64,000 nt of DNA from Lewinellaceae bacterium (GTDB lineage Bacteria > Bacteroidota > Bacteroidia > Chitinophagales > Saprospiraceae): the NCBI GenBank assembly GCA_963710195.1, contig CAVPZF010000008.1:1179410-1243409 (forward strand). The letters run 5' to 3'. The notes beneath the pieces were generated by a model, which was given only the letters and a program-made list of their open reading frames with translations, was not told where the DNA came from and searched no databases. The position numbers and the translations under genes were made by a program. Of the stretch, positions 19,263 through 27,495 are shown in pieces (positions within the stretch are counted from its first letter, which is position 1; each line of letters begins with the position of its first letter).

Positions 19263-19322
19263 TTTACGATTTACGATTTACGATTTCATTTCGATTTACG
19301 ATTTACGATTTACGATTTACGC
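19263..19322 (+). repeat. Heptamer array (TTTACGA)3-TTTCATTTCGA-(TTTACGA)3-TTTACGC
   Basis: Read directly from the sequence; it ends 5 nt upstream of the leuD ATG and supplies the stop codon of the four-helix-bundle ORF. Confidence 0.97.
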
Positions 19323-19696
19323 GCATTTCTCAGCCCCTCTTGTTTGTTCGTGATCCGCTTGGTGGTTGCCGTAAATATGGACACCAATTCGTTCGCTTCT
19401 TTAATAAGCGGAGCTACACGATTTGATTCCAGGTATCCCATTCTGCGTATGTAGCGTAACTCAGCGTGCGATTCTCTCAATTCTTTGAGTAGTACTTTAA
19501 TCTTGTGAAGAAAATCTTTCTGTGACTCTGCGGCTCTTGCTTCCGGATAGTGAAATCCTGGATGCGTTGCCGCACGCAGGAGTTGCCCCGCTACGTGCTG
19601 CGCATCAAAGTACTGCTTCGTTGGCAGCGCCCGGCAGAGTTTAGAGCACCGCACCCCATAGTCAAGCAACCTTTCTTCTAATTCTCCTGCAGTCAT
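19310..19696 (-). CDS. Four-helix-bundle protein (23S rRNA intervening-sequence protein family)
   Basis: LEERLLDYGVR..KL, GQLLRAAT, EARAAES.KDFLHKIKVLLKELRES and KEANELVSIF pattern; a hand count of 19321-19500 gave about 45% GC versus above 60% in spot-checked leuC lines. Confidence 0.88.
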   Translation of the reverse strand: MTAGELEERLLDYGVRCSKLCRALPTKQYFDAQHVAGQLLRAATHPGFHYPEARAAESQKDFLHKIKVLLKELRESHAELRYIRRMGYLESNRVAPLIKEANELVSIFTATTKRITNKQEGLRNARKS

Positions 19697-19814
19697 GTCA
19701 TTTCTCTAGGTGACTACAAGCATACAAAATACTTAACAGACAAACAAATTGTTTTAAAATATTTGCCCTCGGTCGAGCCGTACCGGACGAAGCGAGTTGC
19801 CCCACCAATCTACC

Positions 19815-19857
19815 ATCGTAAATCGTAAATCGTAAATCGTAAATCGTAAATCGTAAA
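19815..19857 (-). repeat. Heptamer array (TTTACGA)6 on the minus strand, inverted relative to 19263-19322
   Basis: Six perfect ATCGTAA units on the + strand; on the mRNA the array begins 2 nt after the leuC TAG. Confidence 0.97.
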
Positions 19858-19859
19858 TT

Positions 19860-21242
19860 CTACCTTCTAACGTCCACAATCCGCCCAGCAATCGCCGCCG
19901 CCGCCGCCGTAAGCGGACTCGCCAAGATTGTCCGCGCGCCGGGCCCCTGCCGCCCCTCAAAGTTGCGGTTAGAAGTGGAGACGCAGTAGCGGCCGGGGGG
20001 CACCTTGTCCTCATTCATCCCCAGGCAGGCCGAGCAACCCGCACCGCGAAACTCAAAGCCGGCGGCCTCGAAGACCCGATCTAGCCCCTCGGCAACGGCC
20101 TGACGGGAGACTTGCTGGGAGCCGGGAACGACGATCGCCGTGATCTTCTCGTGCACCCGCTTCCCTGCCACTAGTCCCGCGGCAAGACGTAGGTCCTCAA
20201 TGCGGCTGTTGGTACAGGAGCCGATGAAGACGTAGTCGATGGGCATATCCTGCATCCGCTGACCGATGGTGAGGTCCATGTAATTCATCGCTTTAAGCAT
20301 GCTGGCCTCGCCGTGCAAGGCGCTGGCCAGGGGGATCGAGTCGGCCACGCCCATGCCCATGCCCGGGTTGGTACCGTAGGTGATCATGGGGGGGATGTCC
20401 TCCGCCCGGTAAGTGTACTCCGTATCGAAGAAGGCGTCGGCGTCGGTCGGGAGAGTCTTCCAGAACGCGACGGCGGCGTCCCATGCCGCTCCCTTCGGAG
20501 TGAACTTCCGTCCCTCCAGGTAGTCGAAAGTAGTCTGATCGGGCGCAATAAGGCCACCACGGGCGCCCATCTCGATGCTCATGTTGCAGATCGTCATCCG
20601 CCCCTCCATACTCAGATTCCGGATGGCGCTGCCGGCGTACTCCACGAAGTGACCGGTGCCCCCGCCCGTGCCGAGTTGGGCGATCACGTAGAGGATGAGG
20701 TCCTTGGCAGTGACGCCGGGCTGTAGGTCGCCTTCGACGTTGATGCGCATCTTTTTAGGCTTAGCCAGCAGCACGCACTGGGTCGCCATAACTTGTTCTA
20801 CCTGGCTGGTGCCGATGCCGAAGGCGATTGCGCCGAAGGCCCCGTGGGTACTCGTATGGCTGTCGCCGCATACCATCGTGATGCCCGGGCGGGTGATGCC
20901 CAGCTCGGGGCCGATCACGTGTACGATGCCCTGGTAGGGGTGGCCGAGGCCGTAAAGCTCCACGCCAAACTCCGCGCAGTTGCTGGTGAGCATCTCGACC
21001 TGCTTGCGGCTGAGGGGCTCGGTGATGGGCTTATCCTGGTCCTTAGTCGGTACGTTATGGTCGGCCGTGGCCACGATCCGCTCCCGGCGAAACAGCGGAA
21101 TGCCGCGCTGGCGTAGTCCATTGAAGGCCTGAGGGCTAGTCACTTCGTGGATCAGGTGCTTGTCGATGTACAGGACTTGGTTGCCCCCGGGTACGGAGGT
21201 GACGACGTGGGTGTCCCATACTTTATCGAATAGGGTGGGCAT
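19860..21242 (-). CDS. leuC: 3-isopropylmalate dehydratase large subunit
   Basis: TLFDKVWD.H, HEVTSPQAF, CGDSHTSTHGAFG, FIGSCTNSRIEDL, GCSACLGMN and STSNRNFEGRQG motifs. Confidence 0.97.
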   Translation of the reverse strand: MPTLFDKVWDTHVVTSVPGGNQVLYIDKHLIHEVTSPQAFNGLRQRGIPLFRRERIVATADHNVPTKDQDKPITEPLSRKQVEMLTSNCAEFGVELYGLGHPYQGIVHVIGPELGITRPGITMVCGDSHTSTHGAFGAIAFGIGTSQVEQVMATQCVLLAKPKKMRINVEGDLQPGVTAKDLILYVIAQLGTGGGTGHFVEYAGSAIRNLSMEGRMTICNMSIEMGARGGLIAPDQTTFDYLEGRKFTPKGAAWDAAVAFWKTLPTDADAFFDTEYTYRAEDIPPMITYGTNPGMGMGVADSIPLASALHGEASMLKAMNYMDLTIGQRMQDMPIDYVFIGSCTNSRIEDLRLAAGLVAGKRVHEKITAIVVPGSQQVSRQAVAEGLDRVFEAAGFEFRGAGCSACLGMNEDKVPPGRYCVSTSNRNFEGRQGPGARTILASPLTAAAAAIAGRIVDVRR

Positions 21243-21425
21243 GATGGCTCTATTTGGGCCACAAAGATAAACAGATCGGGACGGGACGGCTCGCGACCCC
21301 CGGTCGCGGCAAAGCACACCCAAGCGGAGGTCGGGAATCGGATACCCTAGCTGCTACTCCCAATTTTTGCACCTTTGCTACCTCTTCGTACCCGCACCTA
21401 TTATAGATAAACACCTCTTCATTCC

Positions 21426-22208
21426 ATGTAGAGCTCCGAAACGTACCACCCGGAACCTTACTGGTCTACCGTAGCCAAGCGCATCCGACACCGGGGTGAT
21501 GCCAACATCATTACCGGAGACGACGAGGCCTACTACCGCTACAAAAGGGAGCGGTTTTTAGAAATGCTCTCCTCTCTGGATTTCGGTGGAAAGTCGGTGC
21601 TGGAGATCGGGCACGGCCCCGGCGGCAACCTGCGGTTTATCCTCGACTCCCCCACCCCTCCCCCCGCTAAACTGATGGGTGTTGACATATCCAGCGAGAT
21701 GGGAGCCCTCGCCCGTTCTACACTACCCGAGAAGGTGGAGCTGACTAAGATAAACGGGACCAAACTGCCCTTCCCGGATTGTTCGGTAGACCTGGTCTTC
21801 ACTGCAACGGTCTTACAGCACAATACGGATGAGGCCATGCTCAGGCCATTGATTCAGGAAATTGCTCGGGTCGCGAAAACGGAAATTCACCTTTTCGAAC
21901 GGATTGATGATCCTATCGCCGGTGATGAGCTGTGCTTAGGCAGACCCGTGAGCTACTACGCGGATCTTTTTCGGGTGGAAGGATTTGAGCTCGTTGATAC
22001 CAAATTCATCAATATTCACGCCAGTTACCTCATGGCCGGCACCATCCGTAAAGTGCTTAATTCCAAGGACCGGGAAGAGGGGGAGCCCCTAAATGCTTTC
22101 TCGCTGAACCTTCAGGAGACCCTGCTGCCCCTATCCAAACGATTAGATCAGGCGATGCACAAGGACCGTGACCTGGCGAAACTAAGCTTCCGTCGAAACG
22201 GCAAGTGA
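21426..22208 (+). pseudogene. Class I SAM-dependent methyltransferase with in-frame TAG at codon 2 (intact ORF only from ATG 21564)
   Basis: VLEIGHGPGG, GVDISSEM and DLVFTATVLQH motifs; ATG-TAG at 21426-21431 is followed by 44 open in-frame codons. Confidence 0.65.
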
Positions 22209-22227
22209 TCGCCAGGTCATGGTCCTT
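22161..22227. repeat. 19-bp inverted repeat straddling the methyltransferase stop codon
   Basis: AAGGACCGTGACCTGGCGA (22161-22179) / TCGCCAGGTCATGGTCCTT (22209-22227), with one G-T pair. Confidence 0.85.
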
Positions 22228-22328
22228 CAGAACTCCGTGAAGGTCTGCGGGTAAGCGAAGCGCCTCTGCGTCGACGCAGTGGCTCTGCGGTAAATCCATT
22301 ACACTACGGTAGTGAGAGGTGAACAACC

Positions 22329-23483
22329 TCAGGCGGCGACCCCCTTCATCATACCCTCTAGATCGGTGTCCTCTACTTCTTTCTTCTGGTCGGCGATGGT
22401 CAGAAATTCCTCATACGCCTCGTCGAGCTGAACTTTAGTGAGATCGTAGCCGAGCAATTTGAAGCGGTAGGCCAGGGCGGCGCGGCCGCTGCGTGCGGTG
22501 AGGACGATCTTGGACTGGTCGACGCCGACCTCCGCCGGGTCGATGATCTCATAGGTGTCGCGCCGCTTGATGACGCCGTCCTGATGAATACCGGAGCTGT
22601 GGGCGAAGGCATTGTCGCCCACGATGGCCTTATTCGGCTGCACCAGCATACCCATACTTTCGCTGACCATATGGCTGGTCTCGAGCAGCAATTTAGCGTT
22701 GACGTTGGTGTACAGGCCCAGGTCGGCGTGCTGCCGCAGGATCATTACGACTTCTTCCAGAGCCGTATTTCCGGCGCGTTCGCCGATGCCGTTGATGGTG
22801 CACTCGATCTGGCGGGCACCATTCTGCGCCCCGGCAATAGAGTTGGCGGTAGCCAGACCCAGGTCGTTGTGGCAGTGGGTACTCAGGATGCAGTTGTGGA
22901 TGCCGTTGACGTTGTCGCGCAGGTAGGCGATCTTGGCTCCGTATTCTTCCGGTAAGCAGTAGCCGGTGGTGTCGGGGATGTTGAGCACCGTTGCACCCGC
23001 GTCCACGACTGCCTGAATGACGCGGGCGAGAAATTCATTATCCGCACGGCCGGCGTCTTCGGCGTAGAACTCCACGTCTTCTACATAAGACTTAGCGTGC
23101 TTGACGGCCGCCACGGCGCGCTCGATAATTTTCTCGGGCGTAGTGCGGAGCTTGTATTGAATGTGGCTGTCGCTAACACCGATACCCGTATGAATACGGG
23201 GGTGTTTGGCAGGCCTCAGGGCTGCGGCGGCTACGTCAATGTCGTTCATCACGGCCCGGGTGAGCCCGCAGACAATCACGTCCTTAACCGTACGGGCGAT
23301 CTCCTGCACCGACTTAAAGTCGCCGGGACTAGAAACCGGAAAGCCAGCCTCGATCACGTCTACGCCGAGCAGCTCTAGCTGACGGGCGATCACGATCTTT
23401 TGCCGAGTGTCCAGCTTGCAGCCGGGCACTTGCTCGCCGTCGCGCAGCGTAGTATCAAAAATCTGTACTTGCTTGGTATTCAT
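22329..23483 (-). CDS. leuA: 2-isopropylmalate synthase (short form without C-terminal regulatory domain)
   Basis: [28 protein letters not shown] and [12 protein letters not shown] motifs. Confidence 0.95.
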   Translation of the reverse strand: MNTKQVQIFDTTLRDGEQVPGCKLDTRQKIVIARQLELLGVDVIEAGFPVSSPGDFKSVQEIARTVKDVIVCGLTRAVMNDIDVAAAALRPAKHPRIHTGIGVSDSHIQYKLRTTPEKIIERAVAAVKHAKSYVEDVEFYAEDAGRADNEFLARVIQAVVDAGATVLNIPDTTGYCLPEEYGAKIAYLRDNVNGIHNCILSTHCHNDLGLATANSIAGAQNGARQIECTINGIGERAGNTALEEVVMILRQHADLGLYTNVNAKLLLETSHMVSESMGMLVQPNKAIVGDNAFAHSSGIHQDGVIKRRDTYEIIDPAEVGVDQSKIVLTARSGRAALAYRFKLLGYDLTKVQLDEAYEEFLTIADQKKEVEDTDLEGMMKGVAA

Positions 23484-23685
23484 ACTTGGTCGGGCCGGTT
23501 AGCGGGCTTCTTATATCTTTAGGGCAGTAATTAAGACGGAGTTGTCGATCACCTAAAATTAGTATTTCCCCGTACAAAGCCATCGGGGCAGCAATGTCTA
23601 TTATCTACCCTAATGCTAAACAAGTGCCGAAGCAATTGTTCTGCAACACTTTGGCATTCAAGTTATTACTGAAACAGTTTATACA

Positions 23686-25242
23686 ATGCCTAAGCAGAAG
23701 ACCGACGACTTACTTAAGCTGGTAGCTTCCCTCAACCGCGCCGAAAAGCGTCATTTTCGCCTTTTCGTGAAGCGCAATCAGCAGGCGGAGGCCGATATTC
23801 TTTTCCTCCAGCTCTTCGACCTTCTCGAACGGACCGGTGAATACGACGAGACTTACCTGCTTAAACGGATCGAAGGTATAAAAAAGTCGCAGCTCAGCAA
23901 CCTCAAGGCGCACCTCTACAAACAGCTGCTTACCAGCCTGCGGCTGCTGAATCGGAACAAAGACGACGAGATCACCCTGCGGGAAAACCTCGACTACGCC
24001 CGCATCCTCTACAACAAGGGGCTTTACCGGCAGTCGCTCGACGTGCTCGATAAGACTAAAAAACGGGCCCTCGAAGTAGAATCCCACACCATTGCCCTGG
24101 AAACCGCTCAGTTTGAAAAGCTGATCGAAGGGCAGTACATCACCCGCAGCATCGCCGGTCGCGCGGAAGAGCTTAGCATAGAGTGTGAAGCCCTGACGAC
24201 CAAGATTGCCGATTCCAACAGCTACTCTAACCTCTCCCTACGCTTATACGGTCTTTATCTGAAAGACGGCCTGGTCAGTAGCGAGGAGGAATCCGACGAC
24301 CTGCTCGCCTTTTTCCGCGACAACCTGCCCAGGGCCGAGTTCGAGGAGCTGGACTTCTGGGGTAGGGTCTACTACTGCCAGAGCTATTACTGGCTGCATC
24401 TCATGCGGCAGGAATTCCCCCTCTGTTACCGCCATACCCAGCGGTGGGTCGACCTCTTCCGCGAGCAACCCAAGATGATCGAGGTGAATGCCCCCCTTTA
24501 CCTGAAGGGGATGCACAACCACCTGGCTAACCTCTTCAATATGTGGCAGTACGACAAGTTTATTGCCGAACTGCACCGCCTCGATCTTTTCCCCCACCAG
24601 TTTGACCTCACCAACAACGTCAACGTCGCGGGGCTCTACCACCTCTATCAGTTCGATCACCAGATCAGGCGCCACTACATGGAGGGCACCTTTACTCAGG
24701 GCCTGGGTCTGGTGCCCCAGATCATGGAGGTCGTTGACGATAACCGGTACAACTGGGATGACCACCGCCATATGGTGTTCTTCTACCGCATCGCCTGCCT
24801 GTACTTCGGGAGCGGAGACAACGATACGGCCATCGACTACCTCAACCTCATCATTAATCAGCGCAGCCCCAATTACCGGTCGGACATCCAGGCCTACGCT
24901 CGCATCCTCAGCCTGATCTGCCACTTTGAAATGGGCAACGTGCAGTTGGTGGAGTACCAGGTAAAAAGCGTCTACCGCTTCCTCTCCAAGGTCGAGCACC
25001 TGCAGGAAACCCAGCAGATCATCTTCCGCTTCCTGCGCCGCATCCCGCGTATCCGCGAACAAGACCTACGCGAGGAGTTCATCAAACTGAAGGAACGGCT
25101 GGACGAAGTGGCGCTACGGCCCTACGAGTCCCGGCCGTTCACTTATCTCGACATCCCGAGCTGGCTCGAATCCAAGATCGAGGGGGTATCGGTGCAGGAA
25201 GTGATCCGGCGGCAGTTCGAAGAGAACCGGCAGTTGGTTTAG
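23686..25242 (+). CDS. Conserved all-helical (TPR-like) hypothetical protein
   Basis: 518-aa ORF with good codon usage and an N-terminal LVASLNRAEKRHFRLF helix; divergent from leuA. Confidence 0.8.
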   Translation: MPKQKTDDLLKLVASLNRAEKRHFRLFVKRNQQAEADILFLQLFDLLERTGEYDETYLLKRIEGIKKSQLSNLKAHLYKQLLTSLRLLNRNKDDEITLRENLDYARILYNKGLYRQSLDVLDKTKKRALEVESHTIALETAQFEKLIEGQYITRSIAGRAEELSIECEALTTKIADSNSYSNLSLRLYGLYLKDGLVSSEEESDDLLAFFRDNLPRAEFEELDFWGRVYYCQSYYWLHLMRQEFPLCYRHTQRWVDLFREQPKMIEVNAPLYLKGMHNHLANLFNMWQYDKFIAELHRLDLFPHQFDLTNNVNVAGLYHLYQFDHQIRRHYMEGTFTQGLGLVPQIMEVVDDNRYNWDDHRHMVFFYRIACLYFGSGDNDTAIDYLNLIINQRSPNYRSDIQAYARILSLICHFEMGNVQLVEYQVKSVYRFLSKVEHLQETQQIIFRFLRRIPRIREQDLREEFIKLKERLDEVALRPYESRPFTYLDIPSWLESKIEGVSVQEVIRRQFEENRQLV

Positions 25243-25244
25243 CA

Positions 25245-26462
25245 CTAACGCTGAGAAAGCACGGCCTCCCGGGCGGCCTTCATGGGGATGCCGATGCACC
25301 GCTTTTCCATGTACAGCAGCATACGGTCCATGAGGGCGCGGGCTTCGGGATCGAGGTCCTCGATTTCCTTACGGAAGACTTTATTCACCGCATTATGGCG
25401 GATCGCCTTGATTTGCCCGGGCACCTCAGCCATGGCGCGCTCGATGAGGCGGGTCTGGTACAGGATTTCGGTCTCCTCCAGGTGGCGCTCGATGATGCCG
25501 TGGGCCAGGTCAACCTCCCGGCGGCGAAAGCTCATGTTTTCATCGGCTAGCGCGCGCAAGTGCTCGATGGCGATGTAGGTGAAGTCGTAGCGGGCTACGG
25601 TCGCCTCGGAGACGTCGGCCGGTACGCCCAGGTCCACGACAATCTTGCCGGTAGCGGCTTCCCCGGCCAGGAGGAAATTGAACAGCTCAGGGGTAATGAC
25701 GGCCTGAGAGGCGGCCGTACACACGAAGAGCACGTCGAAGCCCCCCTTGTAGCCGTCTAAGTCGTTGAGCTCAATGGCCCGGCCATTGTCGAAGCCACTG
25801 ACCAACTGCTGGGCCCGCTGCAGGGTGCGGTTGGCAACCGTCACGTTGGTGTAGCCCTGCTTCAGGAGAAACTTGGTCACCAGCAGGTTAGTCTGTCCGG
25901 CCCCAACGATCAGGATACGTGCCTTGCGGCTGGGGGCGTGGCGCTGCAATTGTTGCATGGAGAGGGACACCACGGATACCGATTTCTCCCCGATCCGGGT
26001 GTTGGCGTAAATGTCCTTGGCGGCCAGAACGGCCTGGTTACAGATGATGCGCAGGTCGTCGCCAATCAGGCCCCACTCGCGGCAGCGCTCCTGGCTTTCG
26101 CGTAGCTGGCCGAGAATTTGGCGCTCGCCGACAACGAGAGAGTCAATCGACCCGGCCACCTCGTAGAGGTGTTTGATGGCCCGCAGCCCGTTCAGGTGCT
26201 TGAGCCGGCTGAGGACGGGGGTAGGCGTTTCGAGCAGACTGGCTTTAAATTTGTCGTCCACCGCACGTTCAGTGGTGAAGAGCAGCAGGACCCGGTTGCA
26301 GGTGGAGGCATAATAAACCTCGTGCATCAAGCCCCGGTCGCGCAGCCGCATCAGGTGCTCCCGCAACCCCGCTCCGCCCTCAAAGGCGGTGACCAGCTCG
26401 CCGACCTCCTTCAGTTTGGCGTTCCGGTGGGTCAGGGTTAGGATGTGGAAGTGCTGCAGCAT
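25245..26462 (-). CDS. hemA: Glutamyl-tRNA reductase
   Basis: STCNR catalytic motif, SIDSLVVGERQILGQ, IVGAG and NRT motifs. Confidence 0.93.
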   Translation of the reverse strand: MLQHFHILTLTHRNAKLKEVGELVTAFEGGAGLREHLMRLRDRGLMHEVYYASTCNRVLLLFTTERAVDDKFKASLLETPTPVLSRLKHLNGLRAIKHLYEVAGSIDSLVVGERQILGQLRESQERCREWGLIGDDLRIICNQAVLAAKDIYANTRIGEKSVSVVSLSMQQLQRHAPSRKARILIVGAGQTNLLVTKFLLKQGYTNVTVANRTLQRAQQLVSGFDNGRAIELNDLDGYKGGFDVLFVCTAASQAVITPELFNFLLAGEAATGKIVVDLGVPADVSEATVARYDFTYIAIEHLRALADENMSFRRREVDLAHGIIERHLEETEILYQTRLIERAMAEVPGQIKAIRHNAVNKVFRKEIEDLDPEARALMDRMLLYMEKRCIGIPMKAAREAVLSQR

Positions 26463-26563
26463 AGAGGGGGTAGAAACGGCCACAAAGATAATTTACCGAA
26501 AAAACGATTCTGTCACGTGGGGGTAGAATTAGCCCATGGCCGTAAGTACACCTACAACAACAC

Positions 26564-27493
26564 CTAAGCGGCGTCCTGGATTATCGCAGAGAAGTACCAT
26601 ACGTAAAACAAAAGTAAAACGTAGCCCTCCCAGCGCGTGATCTTGCGGTTGTTGCTCATGACGCCGAGCAGGATGGTCATCACGATCATTAGGGGCAGGT
26701 AAGTGGAAATGATCTCGGGCGGTATGATGAGCGGCCCGAAAAAGCGCGGAATTGCCATCACGATGAAGGTGTTGAAGATGTTGGACCCAATGGCGTTGCC
26801 CACGGCAATGGAGGCCTTTCCCTTGCGGGCGGCGGCCAGGCTGACGGCCACTTCCGGCAGGCTCGTCCCTACGGCCACCGCCGATAGGGCAATGACGGTA
26901 GGTGCGATATTGAGAATCAGGCTGATGCCCGTAATGGCCTGGATAACGAAGGTCGCCGACAGGCTCACAACCGCCCCCCCCACCAGCAGGGAGACGTAAT
27001 CTTTCGTACTGGCGCTCGGACGATCCTCTTTATCGGTCTTGTCCTGATCCTTAAAGCTGTAGGCCAGGAAGATTACGATCCCCCCCAGGAAGAGGAAGCA
27101 CTCGAAGAGGGAAAGGTTGAAGTCCATCAACGAGAAGTACAGCAGAAAGGCGCTCCCCCACAGGAAGGGGATATCGATGTGCCAGAGGTTGTAGTCGAGG
27201 TCAATATTCTTCACCACTACGGCGGTCAGGCCCAGGACCAGGGCGATGTTGGTGATGTTGGAGCCTACTACGTTACCCACCACGATCTGACTACTGCCCT
27301 GCAGGACCGAAACGATACTGGTCGCCAGCTCGGGCAGGGAAGTGCCGAAGGCGACAATGGTCACCCCGATGATGAAGGGGCTGATGCCCAGCGACAAACC
27401 AATGCGCTCGGCCGAGTCCACAAAGCGGTCACTCGACCACAGCAGGGCGGCAATACTAAGCACGAAAATGCCAATTTGTAGGAGTAGATCCAT
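26564..27493 (-). CDS. Calcium/sodium antiporter (CaCA, YrbG-like)
   Basis: Two alpha repeats, GTSLPEL..GNVVGSNITN and GTSLPEV..GNAIGSNIFN. Confidence 0.92.
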   Translation of the reverse strand: MDLLLQIGIFVLSIAALLWSSDRFVDSAERIGLSLGISPFIIGVTIVAFGTSLPELATSIVSVLQGSSQIVVGNVVGSNITNIALVLGLTAVVVKNIDLDYNLWHIDIPFLWGSAFLLYFSLMDFNLSLFECFLFLGGIVIFLAYSFKDQDKTDKEDRPSASTKDYVSLLVGGAVVSLSATFVIQAITGISLILNIAPTVIALSAVAVGTSLPEVAVSLAAARKGKASIAVGNAIGSNIFNTFIVMAIPRFFGPLIIPPEIISTYLPLMIVMTILLGVMSNNRKITRWEGYVLLLFYVWYFSAIIQDAA

Positions 27494-27495
27494 AA

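Noticed and set aside
19310-19696. Diversity-generating retroelement (Avd-like protein)
   Set aside because: No reverse transcriptase or TR/VR repeat pair is visible in the window; the family resemblance alone is not enough.
22329-23483. Truncated leuA
   Set aside because: It ends cleanly after the catalytic and linker region; short LeuA forms without the regulatory domain are a known natural type.
21243-23685. Leucine attenuator leader peptides upstream of leuC or leuA
   Set aside because: No short Leu-codon-rich ORF with a terminator/antiterminator was found in either upstream region.
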